DNA of 64,000 nt from NCBI RefSeq assembly GCF_964204645.1, contig NC_134035.1:8092451-8156450 (forward strand), in the 5' to 3' direction. Below, in pieces: positions 1 through 14,000 of this stretch. Source of the stretch: Tubulanus polymorphus (Eukaryota; Animalia; Nemertea). Made by a program: the position numbers and the translations under genes. The notes under the pieces were generated by a model. The model saw only the letters and a list, made by a program, of their open reading frames with translations. It was not told the DNA's origin and searched no databases. How positions within the stretch are numbered: the first letter of the stretch is position 1; every line of letters begins with the position of its first letter.

Positions 1-447
1 TTCACAATATATTACCTCGGATAATCTGTGACTTTTACCAAGCTACGTGCATAAAAATGACATTATTCTAAATTTCTATGAAGAAATCTAGTTCAAAAGT
101 AATAGTAAATACTATGTAGGCCTACACTAAATATTGTTGTAGGGTAACTCACTGTAATTTCGGAAGACCACGTAATTTCGAAAATCATCCGTCAAAACAG
201 CGCATCCGAAAATACCTTCCGAAATTACGTGGAGTTACCCTAAAAAGTATCATCTGTTTTCATTTAGGTTTCATGCTTAAGTTTGATTTAAAACTGAACT
301 TAGGGGGGGGGGCAATTTTACCAGGTGGGGTTTTAACCCAGAGGAATGTTTACCGAGAAGGGATTATTACCTGACATTCATTTCTTTCCATTCTCTCCTT
401 TTGTAGATCGTTACTAGACGAGAATCAGCGTGGAGTATAAAACTCGT

Positions 448-3400
448 ATGAGCACTCTACCCGCGTCCGGTGGTCCGCCACCGGCGGGTAAGAGAAAAGA
501 GATCTATAAATACGAGGCGCCGTGGACGGTATACAGTATGAACTGGAGCGTACGGCCGGATAAACGATTCAGACTCGCTCTCGGTAGCTTCGTCGAGGAG
601 TATAATAATCGGGTACGCCTCGCCTAATCCTACACCTAATGTCTATTTATTTTTTTCGCCTGACATCGTTTTCTTTCAGGATATTTCACATCGTTTTTAG
701 CGACTCTACTGAATGCTACTCTCCTGATTTGTGCTTAGTTTTCACAAAAAATGTCAGTGTACTGCGTTGAAAAGTACTAACTTTTGAATTAACTGACATG
801 TCATCCCAAATTAATGCGTCACGCGAATTGGCGCGATGCTAAATGTCGATTAGTTAAAAACCAAGAACAATCTGGATAATAAATAGAGAATGGAATTTTT
901 CACATTTTCTCTAGCAAAATACTCGGAAATTGTCGGCAATGAGAGGATTTATTGAAGATGTCGAGATGTTCAGGGACCCAGTTCCAGAGTTCTGAGTTGA
1001 ATTTGACTCTAGAGTTAAAACGTTGAAAATGAACTGATTTTAACTCAGAGTTAACTCTAACTCACAACTGTGGAACTGGCTCCTGATCTGTAATTCATCG
1101 AGATGTTATTGATTATTGCAGGTTCAGATAGTGTCGTTGGATGAAGAGACGTCTGAGTTCACCGGTCGCAGTACGTTCGACCACCCGTATCCAACTACAA
1201 AAATAATGTGGATACCTGATAGTGTATGTTGAATTATTGTTTTCTTATTTTTAACATAACTTACGAGACGAGTAGTACTGTATAGGTTAACTATATATTT
1301 GACGCACGAGGTTTCGCTTCTAATGAATGAATAAATAGTTACCCTATACAGTACTACTCGTCTCGTTACTTATTTTAAACCTGGTTAACACGGCTACTTT
1401 ACAAATATTTTTAACATATTCACCTTTATCCACCATTTTGCAAAAGAAATGTATGATGGTGTGTAAGAAAGACTGGTCCCATTCCCATTTTCGATAATTG
1501 AAAAAATCACGCTTGAAATACTTCTTGACTAAAATGTAGGAATTTTGAATTCATGTGATTGTTGGAGCATCGTTCTTAAATCATATACACGTGTACAACG
1601 TATATGCAAAATTTGACTAAATTACTCCTTCGCCCATGAATCCGAACCCTAGTCGTAACTTAACTTACCAACGAATAATTATTGTCTTCTTTTTTACAGA
1701 AAGGAGTTTTCCCAGATTTAGTGGCTACGAGTGGAGATTATCTACGCGTATGGAGAGTCGGTGATACGGAAACTAGACTCGAGTGTCTTTTGAACAACGT
1801 ACGTAGTACTTAACCGTCTTTAGTTATTAACCCTTTCAGTGTGTCTACACCGCAGTGTGGTGTACGAATCAGTGATGGATTTTGCTAGTACACCGCACTG
1901 CGGTGTATTGATTTAATTAGTAATTACTAATTATCTCTATTGAAAGATGGCAGCACCTGGCAAACAAAGTGAAATATTAGGAACTAACGATACACCGCGC
2001 CGCTGTGTAGAGGCACTATAGTGGTATTCCCGTTATTCAACACACTAGGGTGGAATTTTTCAGAATTATCAAATTATCTTCAGCACTATAGGGTAGTAAT
2101 TAGCCAGCTAGGAAAGGGTTAATCTATTGTTAGGTGATCTTTATTTAGTAACCTTGTCTTTGTTAATGCGAGGCTTCAATCATCACCAGCTCATGGTTTG
2201 TGAAGATATGTCCACACACTTGCCGATAAGGACTATTTCTATTTACAGGGTTCTCTAATCAATGAGAAATGGGGTACAGCAGTGAACTGAATCTATTCTA
2301 AGGCCTTAAATAGTGTTGAATTTTGTGGGTGGCTAGTTAACTGACAGAAGCAGTCCTTCGGAAAGTAGGCCATAATACGAAGAAGTGACTTCGAGCCCGG
2401 ACTCACTTGGGCCATATCATCCAAACAATTCGGAATCAAGCGGAATATTCGGAATCAAGCCCACAGACTGTAGTATTGGGTATTTGTGTTGTTGTTGTTA
2501 TTTCGAGCACACACACAATTCAATCTCTATAAACCACTATAGCATGACCTATATAGAAAACACCAGTTGAAAATCGCATCATCACCCGCCAGCAGTGGTG
2601 CGGTGCGTTAGTGCGCGCGTTATTTATGAATTCATTAATGAAGGGAATAATAATATCTTTGTCTGCGAAAAAACGTTTTGTCTGAATAGTTAACCGAATA
2701 GAACTCTAGTTGCCGGGGGATGGGAACATCGGCTAACTAATACTGGTAGCTTTAACGGGTAATTTCTATATCGAAATAGTTTTGTTAAAAAAAGTTGGCT
2801 TGCATCGGATCTCGCGGGACCGATGAATTCCCTCCGAGGTCGGCGCAAAATCCGGGAGCAGGGATAGGTTGATATCTCGATGAATTGAAGAGGCGAATTT
2901 TAAGGTTTAAACCGGTGATCTACATACCTGATCATACTCCGATGAACCCGGGTATAAAGGCCAGCCGAGGAAGAGTTCAGCAATCACAGAATTCCCTGTC
3001 ATGTATGCCAAATCTGACAACTGTAGGTGCTGTGAATTAGTAATCACTTTTCGGAGGTTGGCAGCCCCGGGCATTTCTATTTGTATCGATTCGGTATTTA
3101 ATTTCTTTGTAAGCTACAACTCTATCATTGAAATCATTGAATAGCAGCAATGAATTTTGATGTAATTTCTGTGTTTTTTCCTGCTCTTTTAGAATAAAAA
3201 TTCGGATTTCTGCGCTCCGCTGACGTCATTCGATTGGAACGAAGTCGATCCTAATTTACTGGGCACGTCGAGTATCGATACGACGTGTACTATATGGGGT
3301 CTCGAGGTAAGTGTCGTTGAACTATTAAACAAACGTATTTCAGCTACAATTCCCTAGAGAGTTTTTATCTCGGCACAGAGATCCTTCATTCTAAGTATCC

Positions 3401-6400
3401 TGCCACTTCAAAGTTTGCTTTTGATTTAAGTTTCTAATCACCGAAAAAACACCGAGAACATCTTCTAACGATTAAACCGGAGATCACTTGTAGCCTGTCA
3501 ATATAGTTCCCTTTCAATTTCGAGTCAAATTTGACTCAAGAGTTAAGACATTGAAAATGATCTGATTTTAACTCTCAGAGTTAAATCACAACTGTAATGC
3601 ATGCCAGGATACTGCCAAAATCAGGGGCGGATCCAGGGGCATGTTGGGAACATGACGACCAATAAAAAGGGCATATCTTAATTTAGGGCGGAAAGGCGGA
3701 TAGCCAAATTGAGCGCCGCAAGCACAAAATGCAACTGAGGGGGTCCTCCCCGGAAATTCTACTATCATTTAAGAGCTTTCTGAGCATCTCTATTCAAGAA
3801 ATAAAGGTTATATATTTAGGAAAAATATTGTCCCGTATGTCGGGTGGAAGCAACGGCAAATTTTGATGCAGACAGAAAAAATAAAAAGGGCACCGTCTTA
3901 AACCGCCCCTGAAAATGGAGCCCTGCATACCAGACAAATGATTGTTGATGACGTTTATCTTTGCTTTTTTAGACTGGACAAGTTATCGGTCGCGTGAATC
4001 TAGTTTCGGGACACGTAAAAACCCAATTGATCGCGCACGATAAAGAGGTTTACGATATTGCATTTAGTCGAGCGGGCGGCGGTCGTGATATGTTCGCCAG
4101 TGTTGGTAAGTCTGAATATGTTTCCGTAGCAGTTCAAACATCAGCAGTTAGGCGTTTACGACAATTGTCCCCGTGATTATTGCCCTCAGCACATTTGCCC
4201 CCTCTCCCAAAAATCTTTATTAATCTGGTTCCTAAGTACTTAACTTCAGCAAATCAAAAACTTAATCAGTCCTGGAGTGATTATATTATCACTTACCAAA
4301 TCAAAATAAATGGAGTCCACTTATTAGTGCATTAGTTAATGTTGACTGATTTATTGGAATTAGTTAGTTTTAGTGTTACTATAGCCGATCAAAAACTTAA
4401 TGAATCAGTCCCAAAGTAATTAGCTACACTAAGCTTAGTTAATAAGTTAGTTTGCTTTGTTTGTCTAATTAATTAGAAATAAGTTTCTGTGTTACTATAA
4501 GATTTAATAGATTATAATGGATTTAATTCGAGGTAATTGTCCTGATAGGGTTTAGAAGATGAATGGATGATCAGATGAATAGATGATGATATGTTTCTCC
4601 TTGAATTTCTAACCACAGGCGCTGATGGATCCGTTCGTATGTTCGATCTCCGTCATTTAGAACATTCGACTATTATTTACGAAGATCATCACCATCATCC
4701 GTTGTTACGTCTGGCGTGGAATAAACAGGATCCGAATTATCTAGCAACGATGGCCATGGATGCGATGGAGGTTCGTTTACGATAGTATTACAGGGTGGGT
4801 CCTTAGGACCCCTTCATTCTTTAAAAAATCCTTCTCTAAATGGAAAATGCTTGAAAACTGAGCAAAATGCCTGAAATTTCTTAAAAGCGCTTTCAATTTT
4901 GAGAAATAGGCAATTACAAATTTTTGGCTCCATGGCAAGCAGACTCAACTGTTTGAAACAATAGAACTATATAAAGATATCAATGGTCAAATAGAATTAG
5001 ATTAGATTAAGATCTTGAGTTAACAAATTGAGTTTACTCGCAATCTCTTTCTTAATCAATCCTGCTTAATTCGTCAGTTGGTTTTCGCAAGACTCCAAGA
5101 ACGAACTTAGACTCGAGCAGGAAAAAAATCCTGGAGGCTATGAGGCATATTGACATCGAGTTACGATCAATATGTGCGATAATCCTCCGACATTTAGATT
5201 AATTATGTTTTACTCCTGTTAGATTTTGTGCGATTTCTCGTTTTAAGATCGAGGCGAGAAACTGACTACTCGGCAGAGTGGCAGGAAAAATTAAATATAC
5301 AGGAGTCACAGCAGCACGGCGATCTTGAGTGTCAATCGTTGTGTGCTTAACCCTCCTACAATTATAGATACAGAGTAGAGAACAAACTCGCTCAATTCAG
5401 ATCATTTAGAACTAATGATATTCATCGGGTTTATGAGTGAGAAATCTGAATTAATCGCTGCCGGCTACGAATAAACGCGTACTTCCAGTTCTGTCACAGT
5501 GTCACTACAAATATATTCGTAGCTGTTTACTTCCTATTCACAGGATGCTTCCTGGGTTCAGTTTCACAAAAAAATAAGAACGCCCAAAAATCTATTTAAG
5601 ACAAACTGAATAATGAAATCGGTTCGATTTGTCATCCTCGCTTGCCAGGGGTCCGGTATCACTCCCGCACTCGCTTCCACCAGCCCCCTGGCCTCACGAA
5701 GCGTGATTTCATTACTGGCGCTGTTGTGCATGACGTCATACATCGATTTGCGAAATATTTCCTTGTTCGGTTAAACGTTCGCTGATTGGTCCATTTAACG
5801 GGAAAACCAACAGAAGCCCAATGTCGTTTGTTACAAGCGCTGTGATTGGTACGACTGGATTCTGGTTGGCTAGTAATGACTCCAACGACTCGTGAGGTCA
5901 AGGGGTTCGGGGAACAGCTTTAGCGTAGTGGGTTTGAATCCCTTGACGGGTGAAGATGTGATTTGTGGGAGTTGATCCTTTTTGTAAGACAGCTAAAAGC
6001 CAGTCCGGGCCATTCAACGCACGTCTAAAATGAATGTTTTCTGGTTTCGTTTAGGTGATCATACTGGATGTACGAGTGCCGTGTACACCTGTAGCTAGAC
6101 TCAATAATCACCGAGCGTGTGTGAACGGTATCGCATGGGCTCCGCATTCGAGTTGCCACATATGTACGGCAGGTATGTAAGAACTGTCAATTATCGATTT
6201 AAGCTTTTGGTTTTCGAGTGATGGAAAATGCTAGTTAATGAATCCAAACTTGGGACGTATGATTCTTCGGATATGACAGGGTCCCAACGACTCCTTAATT
6301 CCTTACAGGGATGAAAATCTTCCGACCATAGACGGATTTCCGACCTTATCTAACATTTTCTTTATTCCTGAGAACAGTGTAAATCACCTCAATCGCTTTG

Positions 6401-7010
6401 ATCACCTAAATCGCAGGCGTCACATCAGAGCGCTCCGTAGTTAGGAGTGCTCCTTAAGATGGTTTTCGGCAGTTGTTAGCACAACTGTGGAGTCGGAGAA
6501 ACCAATATGGCATCTCATTCAAAAAGCGGCTCTAATTCAGGCCCAAACTATTAAGATTTTGACCATAAGGTAGTAAGTTTTTTGGCTAAAAGTTACTGAT
6601 TTTTGTTCCTCAAAAATTCTTTAAAAAAAAAAAATTTTCCGACTTTTTCAATATGGGCCGTTTTCATCCCTGTCCTTACAAAATCCTTCAAAATGGAAAT
6701 TAAAACTCGAAACTCCTTAACTTTGATCACGCAGACAAAGACACATGTCCCAACAGTGGCTAATAATTGGGAGTTTCGTACGCGTTCAAAAATATCTCCT
6801 TATTTCTGATCTATTACATTTCTTTTTTCCAACGTAGCCGACGATCACCAAGCGTTGATCTGGGATATACAGCAGATGCCTCGCGCGATCGAAGACCCGA
6901 TACTAGCGTATACGGGCGCCGGCGAAATTAATCAGATACAGTGGTCGTCGACGCAGCCCGACTGGATCGCCATCTGTTACAGCCACTGCCTCGAGATTCT
7001 GCGAGTTTGA
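448..7010 (+). CDS. DCAF7: DDB1- and CUL4-associated factor 7 (WDR68/AN11 family WD40 protein), complete, 8 coding exons
   Basis: Exons 448-612, 1122-1223, 1700-1798, 3193-3306, 3973-4105, 4619-4770, 6055-6172, 6838-7010 join in frame at GT-AG junctions. Peptides [71 protein letters not shown] and the C-terminus CLEILRV* are typical of DCAF7. An acceptor at 405-406 implies a 5' UTR exon further upstream. Confidence 0.97.
1827..2122. mobile_element. piggyBac-type MITE (family A), copy 1
   Basis: TTAA-CCCTTTC...GAAAGGG-TTAA, about 290 bp, internal palindrome TACACCGCACTGCGGTGTA; coordinates include the TTAA TSDs. Confidence 0.88.
3622..3911. repeat. AGGGGCGGATCCAG-type MITE
   Basis: Termini CAGGGGCGGATCC / CCGCCCCTG; similar ends at about 26823-27082, 38700-38902, 21475-21778 and 15390-15620. 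Confidence 0.6.
5632..5958. repeat. Dispersed repeat (family E)
   Basis: 5' part TCATCCTCGCTTGCCAGGGG...CCACCAGCCCCCTGG recurs at about 45492-45550; 3' part recurs inverted at about 15628-15830. Confidence 0.7.
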
Positions 7011-7239
7011 CATGAATACAAGTGACCGCTAGTGACACGAGTTCGTGTATTCTACATTCTCCTGGTTACCGATCAGAAAATACGGGGGTTGAATTTCGCA
7101 AGATCGACACCATCGAGTTTAACACCTCTCGTTAACTGTTCGTCGTGTTATAACACGATTTTGGTGTTGTATAAAAGTGGAGCGCAGATTTGCTCGTCGA
7201 TTTGAAAATTGAATCTTTTAATAACGAATTTCAGAAGAT

Positions 7240-7533
7240 TTAACCCTTTCAGTGCTGACTAATCAATACCCTATAGTGTTGGAGATAATTTGAAAATTTT
7301 AAGAAATTCCACCCTAGTCTGTTGAATAACGGGAATACTGCTATAGTGCGTCTACATCGCGGCGCAGTGTATCGTTAGTATCTAGTATTTCACTATGTTT
7401 GACAGTTGCTGCCATTTTTCAAGAGGGATAATTACTAATTATTAATTACATCAATACACCACAGTGCGGTGTACTAGCAAAATCTATCACTGATTTACAC
7501 CGCACTGCGGTGTAGATGCACTGAAAGGGTTAA
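7240..7533. mobile_element. piggyBac-type MITE (family A), copy 2
   Basis: TTAA CCCTTTCAGTG ... CACTGAAAGGG TTAA; opposite orientation to copy 1; 230 bp after the DCAF7 stop. Confidence 0.9.
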
Positions 7534-7553
7534 ACCGTCGGACTGGTTTCTTG

Positions 7554-8278
7554 GGGACCGTTCATTACGTACATACGCAAGCCCTAGGCAGGACCTCAAT
7601 GGCAATAGCGTACGATCTGCGTTTATTTACACAAAGTGTACGTACTTAATAGATCAAAGTGCAAGTTCTACTGTATAATCTTGTAGTAGCCTGGCTACTC
7701 ATCTGTAGTATTAGTTCAGCCATGAGTCTGGAACATAATGAATTCAATGCCCCTTTTAAAAGGGTGTATCCTCCTAGTAAATCCCTCCCAAGAGGGGCAA
7801 GCAATATGGCGTGATATTAAAGTCTCAAATTTAGAATTTATTCATACTATAATAAAACGACCAGTAGACAACAGGTGCATGTTTATGTTTTATACTACAT
7901 GATCAATCATTGCGGAGGTCGACCTTGCGACGCGATCATCGCGTTGCGTCACAAGTGGGAGCAACTAGTCGACTGTGTGCGACTAGTTGCTCCCAGTCGC
8001 AAGAGCACGTAGGTCGGTTGCGACGGTCGCGTCACGTCGCAGAAAGTAGAACATGTGCGACTCATTGCTACTGGCGTCGTTGGCAGTCGCAAGGTAGCGT
8101 AGGTCGGTTGGTTGTTGCAACGCGATCGTCGCTGGCGGTTGCAGTGAGTTGCAAGCCATAGCAAGGCCGACCTATGCCCTTAGGTAGGAGTATCGGCAAT
8201 ATACCGATAGGTATAGGCGCAAAGTAGGAGCTTGAAAAAAGGTACTATTTTTTGCGTACGTACTGAATGAACGGTCCC
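7554..8278. mobile_element. PIF/Harbinger-like MITE containing a nested GC-rich inverted-repeat element
   Basis: TIRs GGGACCGTTCATT..GTAC / GTAC..AATGAACGGTCCC with 3-bp flanking repeat TTG. Nested segment about 7916-8172 is bounded by AGGTCGACCTTGC / GCAAGGCCGACCT and is rich in GTCGC/GCGAC. Confidence 0.7.
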
Positions 8279-9153
8279 TTGAAGGTTTCTTAGGTTCATA
8301 CCGAAATGGGCATTGCTCGACACGACTCCAGTGATAATGTGGATGTAAAATGAGTTATAGGGGGAGGGGGGTGCTGAACGGATGTAGTAGCTTTAAAAAA
8401 GATCGATATTGTCCGTGTAACGTGTATTTATGGAATGTGTTATTATTAATATTTGGTGTTTTTCTAGTAGTTATATTCAAACTTTTCTATAAGAATGCCA
8501 GTGTTTTGTAATGAAATAGGGGAAAAAATATTTTAATCGAAAAACAAAAGTCGTCGGACTAGTGTAAAATGTACAAAACCCGCGAATAATATTCGATCGT
8601 AATTTATTAGATTTGCGTCACGCGCAAAATATCGGCGAGACGCGTATTTTTAATTTACGATGTATTTTATTGTATTATTGAATCAAATGTACTGACCGAA
8701 GTCGTATAAATATTTGAGAAGTTTGGAAGGCGAGAATACGGTAGACTCAGTTTGTCCCGGATCTCGGTACGCGAATTCCGTGGTAGTCGGATCAGGGATA
8801 GGTTATTAATATCACGATGTATTCGAAAATTTGTAGTTTAAAGTCCGAGGCACGCGATAATCTGAGGCAATCAAATCTGGGACTAACAACGGAGTCTACC
8901 GAATATATTGAACGGCAGAGTTATGCGACCAAATTAGAAATGAAATGATTATACTATAGGACTAGGGATGAAGTACCTGAAATGTAAATAAACTTACTAA
9001 ACTTGTACAGTCTATCCATTGTCGTGCATGTACAATGATTATGTATATTATTATTATTAATATTATTATTATTACACCACTTATACATAATGTATTAACC
9101 ACCTCGCTGTTATTTGATGTCTTTGTTTCTGAATTCGAAATTTCATTTCTCCA

Positions 9154-9434
9154 TTAACCCTTTCAATGCTGACTAATCAATACCCTAAAGTGCTGGAGAT
9201 AATTTGAAAATTTAAAAAAATTCCACCCTAGTGTGTTGAACAACGGGAATACAGTGTAGGGTGCAGTGTATCGTTAGTTACTAATATTTCACTATGTCTG
9301 ACAGATGCTGCCATCTTTCAACAGAGATAATAACTAAATACCAATTCCACCAATACACCGCAGTGCGGTGTACTAGCAAAATCCATCACTGATTCATACA
9401 CCGCACTGCAGTGTAGACGCACTGAAAGGGTTAA
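9154..9434. mobile_element. piggyBac-type MITE (family A), copy 3
   Basis: Same TIRs, TTAA TSD and internal sequence as 7240-7533. Confidence 0.9.
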
Positions 9435-11031
9435 CGTTATGTAGGATTTAATCATGCAATGATTCACCTAGACTTTTCATTATCACGAAACATGTCATGA
9501 AACTATTGTAGCTCGTAGGCCTAACCTGTACTCGAGTTCGGCTAGGGTTTAGACGTTAACATTGAACTTTTGATCTCTGGTGATATGTTCGGTTTCATTT
9601 GGATGCGTTTGTTGTCCGATGATCTTCGACCGATGAAGTCAAGAATTTGGCCGCGAACATTTTTTCCCGCATCTCGCCGTGCGTACTACATTTGAATGAT
9701 TTGGAGTCAGTAAAATAAAGTTTAACCCGCTTAATCCGGATCAGTTAAATCGGCGATTCCGATCTAATCTGGTCATTATTTATGGTCCAACGTAATGCTA
9801 CGGTAGATAATGATAATACCTGTTGTGTATTTGGGCTAATCAGGTAAGGTTTCGTACCCTGGGAGTTTCATGATGCCATCAGGTTTGAATCTCTGCCGAG
9901 GGAGGATGGCGTGCGTGAAATGCTATGTTTTATTATAAAACATGAAATAAATCCAGTTTATGAGAAATCCATATAATACATGTCATAAACTAGATTTATT
10001 TCATTGGTCCCGAATGATCCGAATTAGGGGGGTTCAACTGTTGAATAATATCTCAATGAGGCTGCTGTTTTCTCAAGACTTCAGTTTCCCAGATCTCTAT
10101 AATGGATAATAGTGAGGTTTTGCTGTAATATTTATTTTCAGTCAAATGTCATCTTAGAATATTCTGTATTGCGTGTTGGGTACACCATCATTGTCATTTG
10201 TAACAAAAATTCATTTTATAATAAAATTCATGTCATTATTGTAATTTCTTAGCAATTCAAATCTCTTCTGATTGACAGATCTATATTGCGGTGGTTGGGA
10301 GGATAAGAATTTGGTCTCAATGCAGCATTTGACCCAGTTCTTGGTGGACAGCAGCATTCCTTGGCCAATCATTCCATCTGTAGTATATTCCAGGCATTTA
10401 AGAATGGATATTGGTAACTTGAACAATTGCATCCAGGGGCTCTGTGTATCATTTGCATAAACCCAGACGAGGCAGGTACTTATTTCAACATTCCTCCTCT
10501 TCACCGCGGATATCAGGTTGTAGCTGCTGTTTTCCTTTTACCTGAGAGTAATCATTGCCAAATGATTACTTGAGCCTTTTACTAAATACACACCAGCCTC
10601 AGCCCTGCAGACCTACCAGTATTAGTGCATGCCACCATTCCGTCATATATTAGACTACCTATAGACTACTTCATAGACTACAAAGTGGTTTGGTCAAATT
10701 ATGATGGGAAATGCTTCATACCATGAATGTTTAATGCAATCCTGTGAATCTAACTGTTAGATTCACAGGATTGCATTAAACAGTAATATAGAAATTCCAA
10801 AAATCAATATGCATTTTCATCCTGACTTGTAGCATTGTCAGCCTGTAACCACTTCACCATGAATTCCAAAATATTCTGCGATTAAAATTAAAATTCTTTT
10901 ATTATCCTTGTAAAATGCAATATATTCCACCGCGATGCAATTATCGCTGAAGATCTTAAAAGACCACGACTCTGGTCAAGATGTAAGCATAATAGAAAGA
11001 TTCTAGTAGATATGTAGTGACTGTCGTCAGT

Positions 11032-14000
11032 TCAGCAGCCGTTTTTCGATTTCGCTAATGTTTTTCTCGCCATTTCGAGCACGCCTTCATACGTTTTATT
11101 GCCGCCGATGAATCCGGAAGCGTGTACGAATATGCATCCGGGAATTCCGCTTATCTTCGACAGCTCGTCGTCGCGAATGCCTCTCCATTCTTCTAACAGT
11201 GATAATCTAAACAAATATGAAAATATATCCGATAAGTCATAAGTGAATAAGAATCATGCACTTGACCTTCTCTCTGACTCTAAAACTATGACTTACACTT
11301 AGTAAATTGAACTGCCAATACAAATTGGGATTCGAAAATAGGAATGATTTAACAAGTTGGCCACTTTTATTCGATGTTTACTTCACTTTTTCCCTATTCC
11401 CCTGACATGCGTCTTGTTTACCCTGACATAGTCAGCTAAGAATCCAATCAATTCAGACAGTCAAATATGTACAAGACATTGACAGAAACTGATTTTGTGC
11501 GCAATCTCAGATTTTGAACTATTTTACAGAATTCCCTGAATGCAGGGACATGTCCGGACCCCTGCTTCGCCATTGGGGTGACCCTCTTCATCAAGTCATT
11601 ACAATCTGTAAATTTGACACTCATCCTCTCAGAAATTGCAACCTTACGGATGTATTTCTTTAAAAATAGCTAAAACCGAGGTAGAACCATACAGAACCCC
11701 AATAGAGACCTTTGACTTGGCTACGCTATCTGGGAAGACAAACATTTAGAATACATATTCTAGCGTTTGAATTTAGTATAAGATAGGTATACAGTCAACC
11801 CCCAATTTACTGCCCACATCGGTGCAGAACTATTTTGGCGGTACAGCGAGTATGGTGGCATATCGGGGTGTTTTACTATGTATTTGAATAGAGATGTACA
11901 TTTCGAAAACCTATAATCTTTCCTCCTGAACGTCGGCCTTCCAAATTTCCTAGATCTGCCGCCTTACCTGGGGATACTATAATAGTATTGTATGTAATGG
12001 CTGCCCGGAGTCAGAAGTGGCTCTAACCACTCTCCCTCACTGATATACAAGTACAGTCAAACCACGATATACTGCCCTCCCATATACCACCACCCCCGCC
12101 TACCGCCAGGTTTTCTAAATGTACATCTCTATATTCAAATACATAGTAAAACACCCCGATATGCCACCATACTCGCTGTACCGCCAAAATAATTCTGCAC
12201 CGATGTAGGCAGTATATTGGGGGTTGACTGTATACATATCTTATAGTAAATTTAAACACTATAGAATATGTATTCTAAATGTTCGTCTTAATACCTGTTC
12301 TCAAAACTCCCTAACACTATCGGCACACACTGCACTCGCCAATTTCCATTCTGATCGGCGAACAAGAAAAACTTTGTCGTGCCTTCTATACCCTGTTCTT
12401 CCTCGATCGTGAACAAATGATCCTTCCACGGGCATCCGCCTTGCATCAGCACGACAATTTCTCCGCTATCATCGACCTAACAACATTGTTAACGGTAAGA
12501 TAAATCCTTTTTGACAGTCTCCGAAAATTATGAGGAAAGTTTTACGACAATAATAACCTGAAATCGCTTTTCGAATGCCGACTCGACGATTGTCCTCGCT
12601 GGCCACCAGCCTTTGACAAAATATTCCAATCGATCCATGAATTCGCCTCCAACTAGGTCCATTGCCTTGTTAAACCTTTTCTGGAATTGCAATAAAAAAA
12701 CAGACCGATTATACAACAGATTGCTGATCATATGCTGTACAGGACAAAAAATTAAAAATTTGCTGTTATTTTCAAGGAAGTAGTTATTATACGTAGATCT
12801 AATAATAGATTAAATGTATAAACTTTGATTTTGCTGAAACATTTATAAACATTCACCAAACATTCAAAATATCAATAACAGCCTTTCTGCTATGAAATTC
12901 GAGCTACAATCTTACAGTTATATCAACTTCTTTTTCGTTCCATCGCGGGTTCAAATGTCCGATCCTTGAGCCGATAGTTGTAGTAACTGCATACCTGTTA
13001 TTGGTAAGATATAAAGAGTGGAATGAAAAACTACATTAACAAAGTCCGGAAATGCTTGTAAATTCTGTGACACAAAAGACACTGAATATCTAAACTATGA
13101 GGCTGTCTGTAGGCCTATTGCTTTCTTTGATGATAAATAATGTTATATATGATAATAATAATCAATTATTTTCTTAATATAGCGTGATATCTACACAGCA
13201 TAAATCTCTGCACGTTTCATAAGATGGGAAAATAGATTAAAATGCAATCATTGGTGAAATACTCGACATATGAAAACATTTAGAAAAATAGGTTCGTTCA
13301 AAAGTATGTTTTCTTCAATTTTGATATAAAAGTATCAACTCAGGGTTTCCAGTGGTAAGGCCAGGGTAAAAAGAAGCACTAAGAAGGACTTTTTCAGCAA
13401 TTTTAGGCAAAAGGACGGACTTTTTGACTCGAAAAGAAGTACTTTTCAGTTAAATGAGGGCCTATAAGGAAGCATTTTCGCAAAGCCTTTGCCGGGATAC
13501 TACTCCTGTAGACCAATCATATATACCAGGCTAATTCCATAACACTTTCCTGTATATTCAATCAAATTTGGAAGGACTTTTTTATCAAAAAGAAGAACAA
13601 AGATGATGTTTGTCCAAACTTTTTACAATAGAAGGACAAAGAAGGACTTGGAAGGACCGCTGGAAACCCTGCAACTGTATTGGTTCATTCCCAGTTTTTT
13701 CTGGATTAATTAATTTGTGTTGATGCTCAATTTCCGCGTATTCCCTAACAAACCCACGCACCACACCTGCCGGGAACGAAACAAGGGGTTTGATTTTGAA
13801 ATCCGAAATCAAAGGACGGATTCCCGATACAACTGGATGATTTGTTGAATTCACATAATTTTTGTTTAAATCGAAGAAAACGTCTCATTCAACTCTTTGA
13901 GTTCAATTTTTCCACTGAATCCGGAAGTGAATCAGACTGGTTTCTATCCAACACTGACCTCGGTTTTCCGCCCGTTTCGTACTGATCCACTCCGTTGTCG

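Noticed and set aside
5913-5960. tRNA B-box-like GGTTTGAATCCC
   Set aside because: No cloverleaf; it is the end of dispersed repeat family E, with similar ends near 9882 and 34570.
7910-8164. Overlapping Arg/Ser/Cys-rich ORFs on both strands
   Set aside because: Produced by the GTCGC-rich nested MITE; no splice or homology support.
9942-10006. 22-bp-arm hairpin resembling a pre-miRNA
   Set aside because: Very AT-rich and internal to a degenerate TIR element (about 9716-10042).
10211-10504. 97-aa minus-strand ORF between DCAF7 and MYG1
   Set aside because: Non-ATG start and no recognisable motif; possibly decayed repeat sequence.
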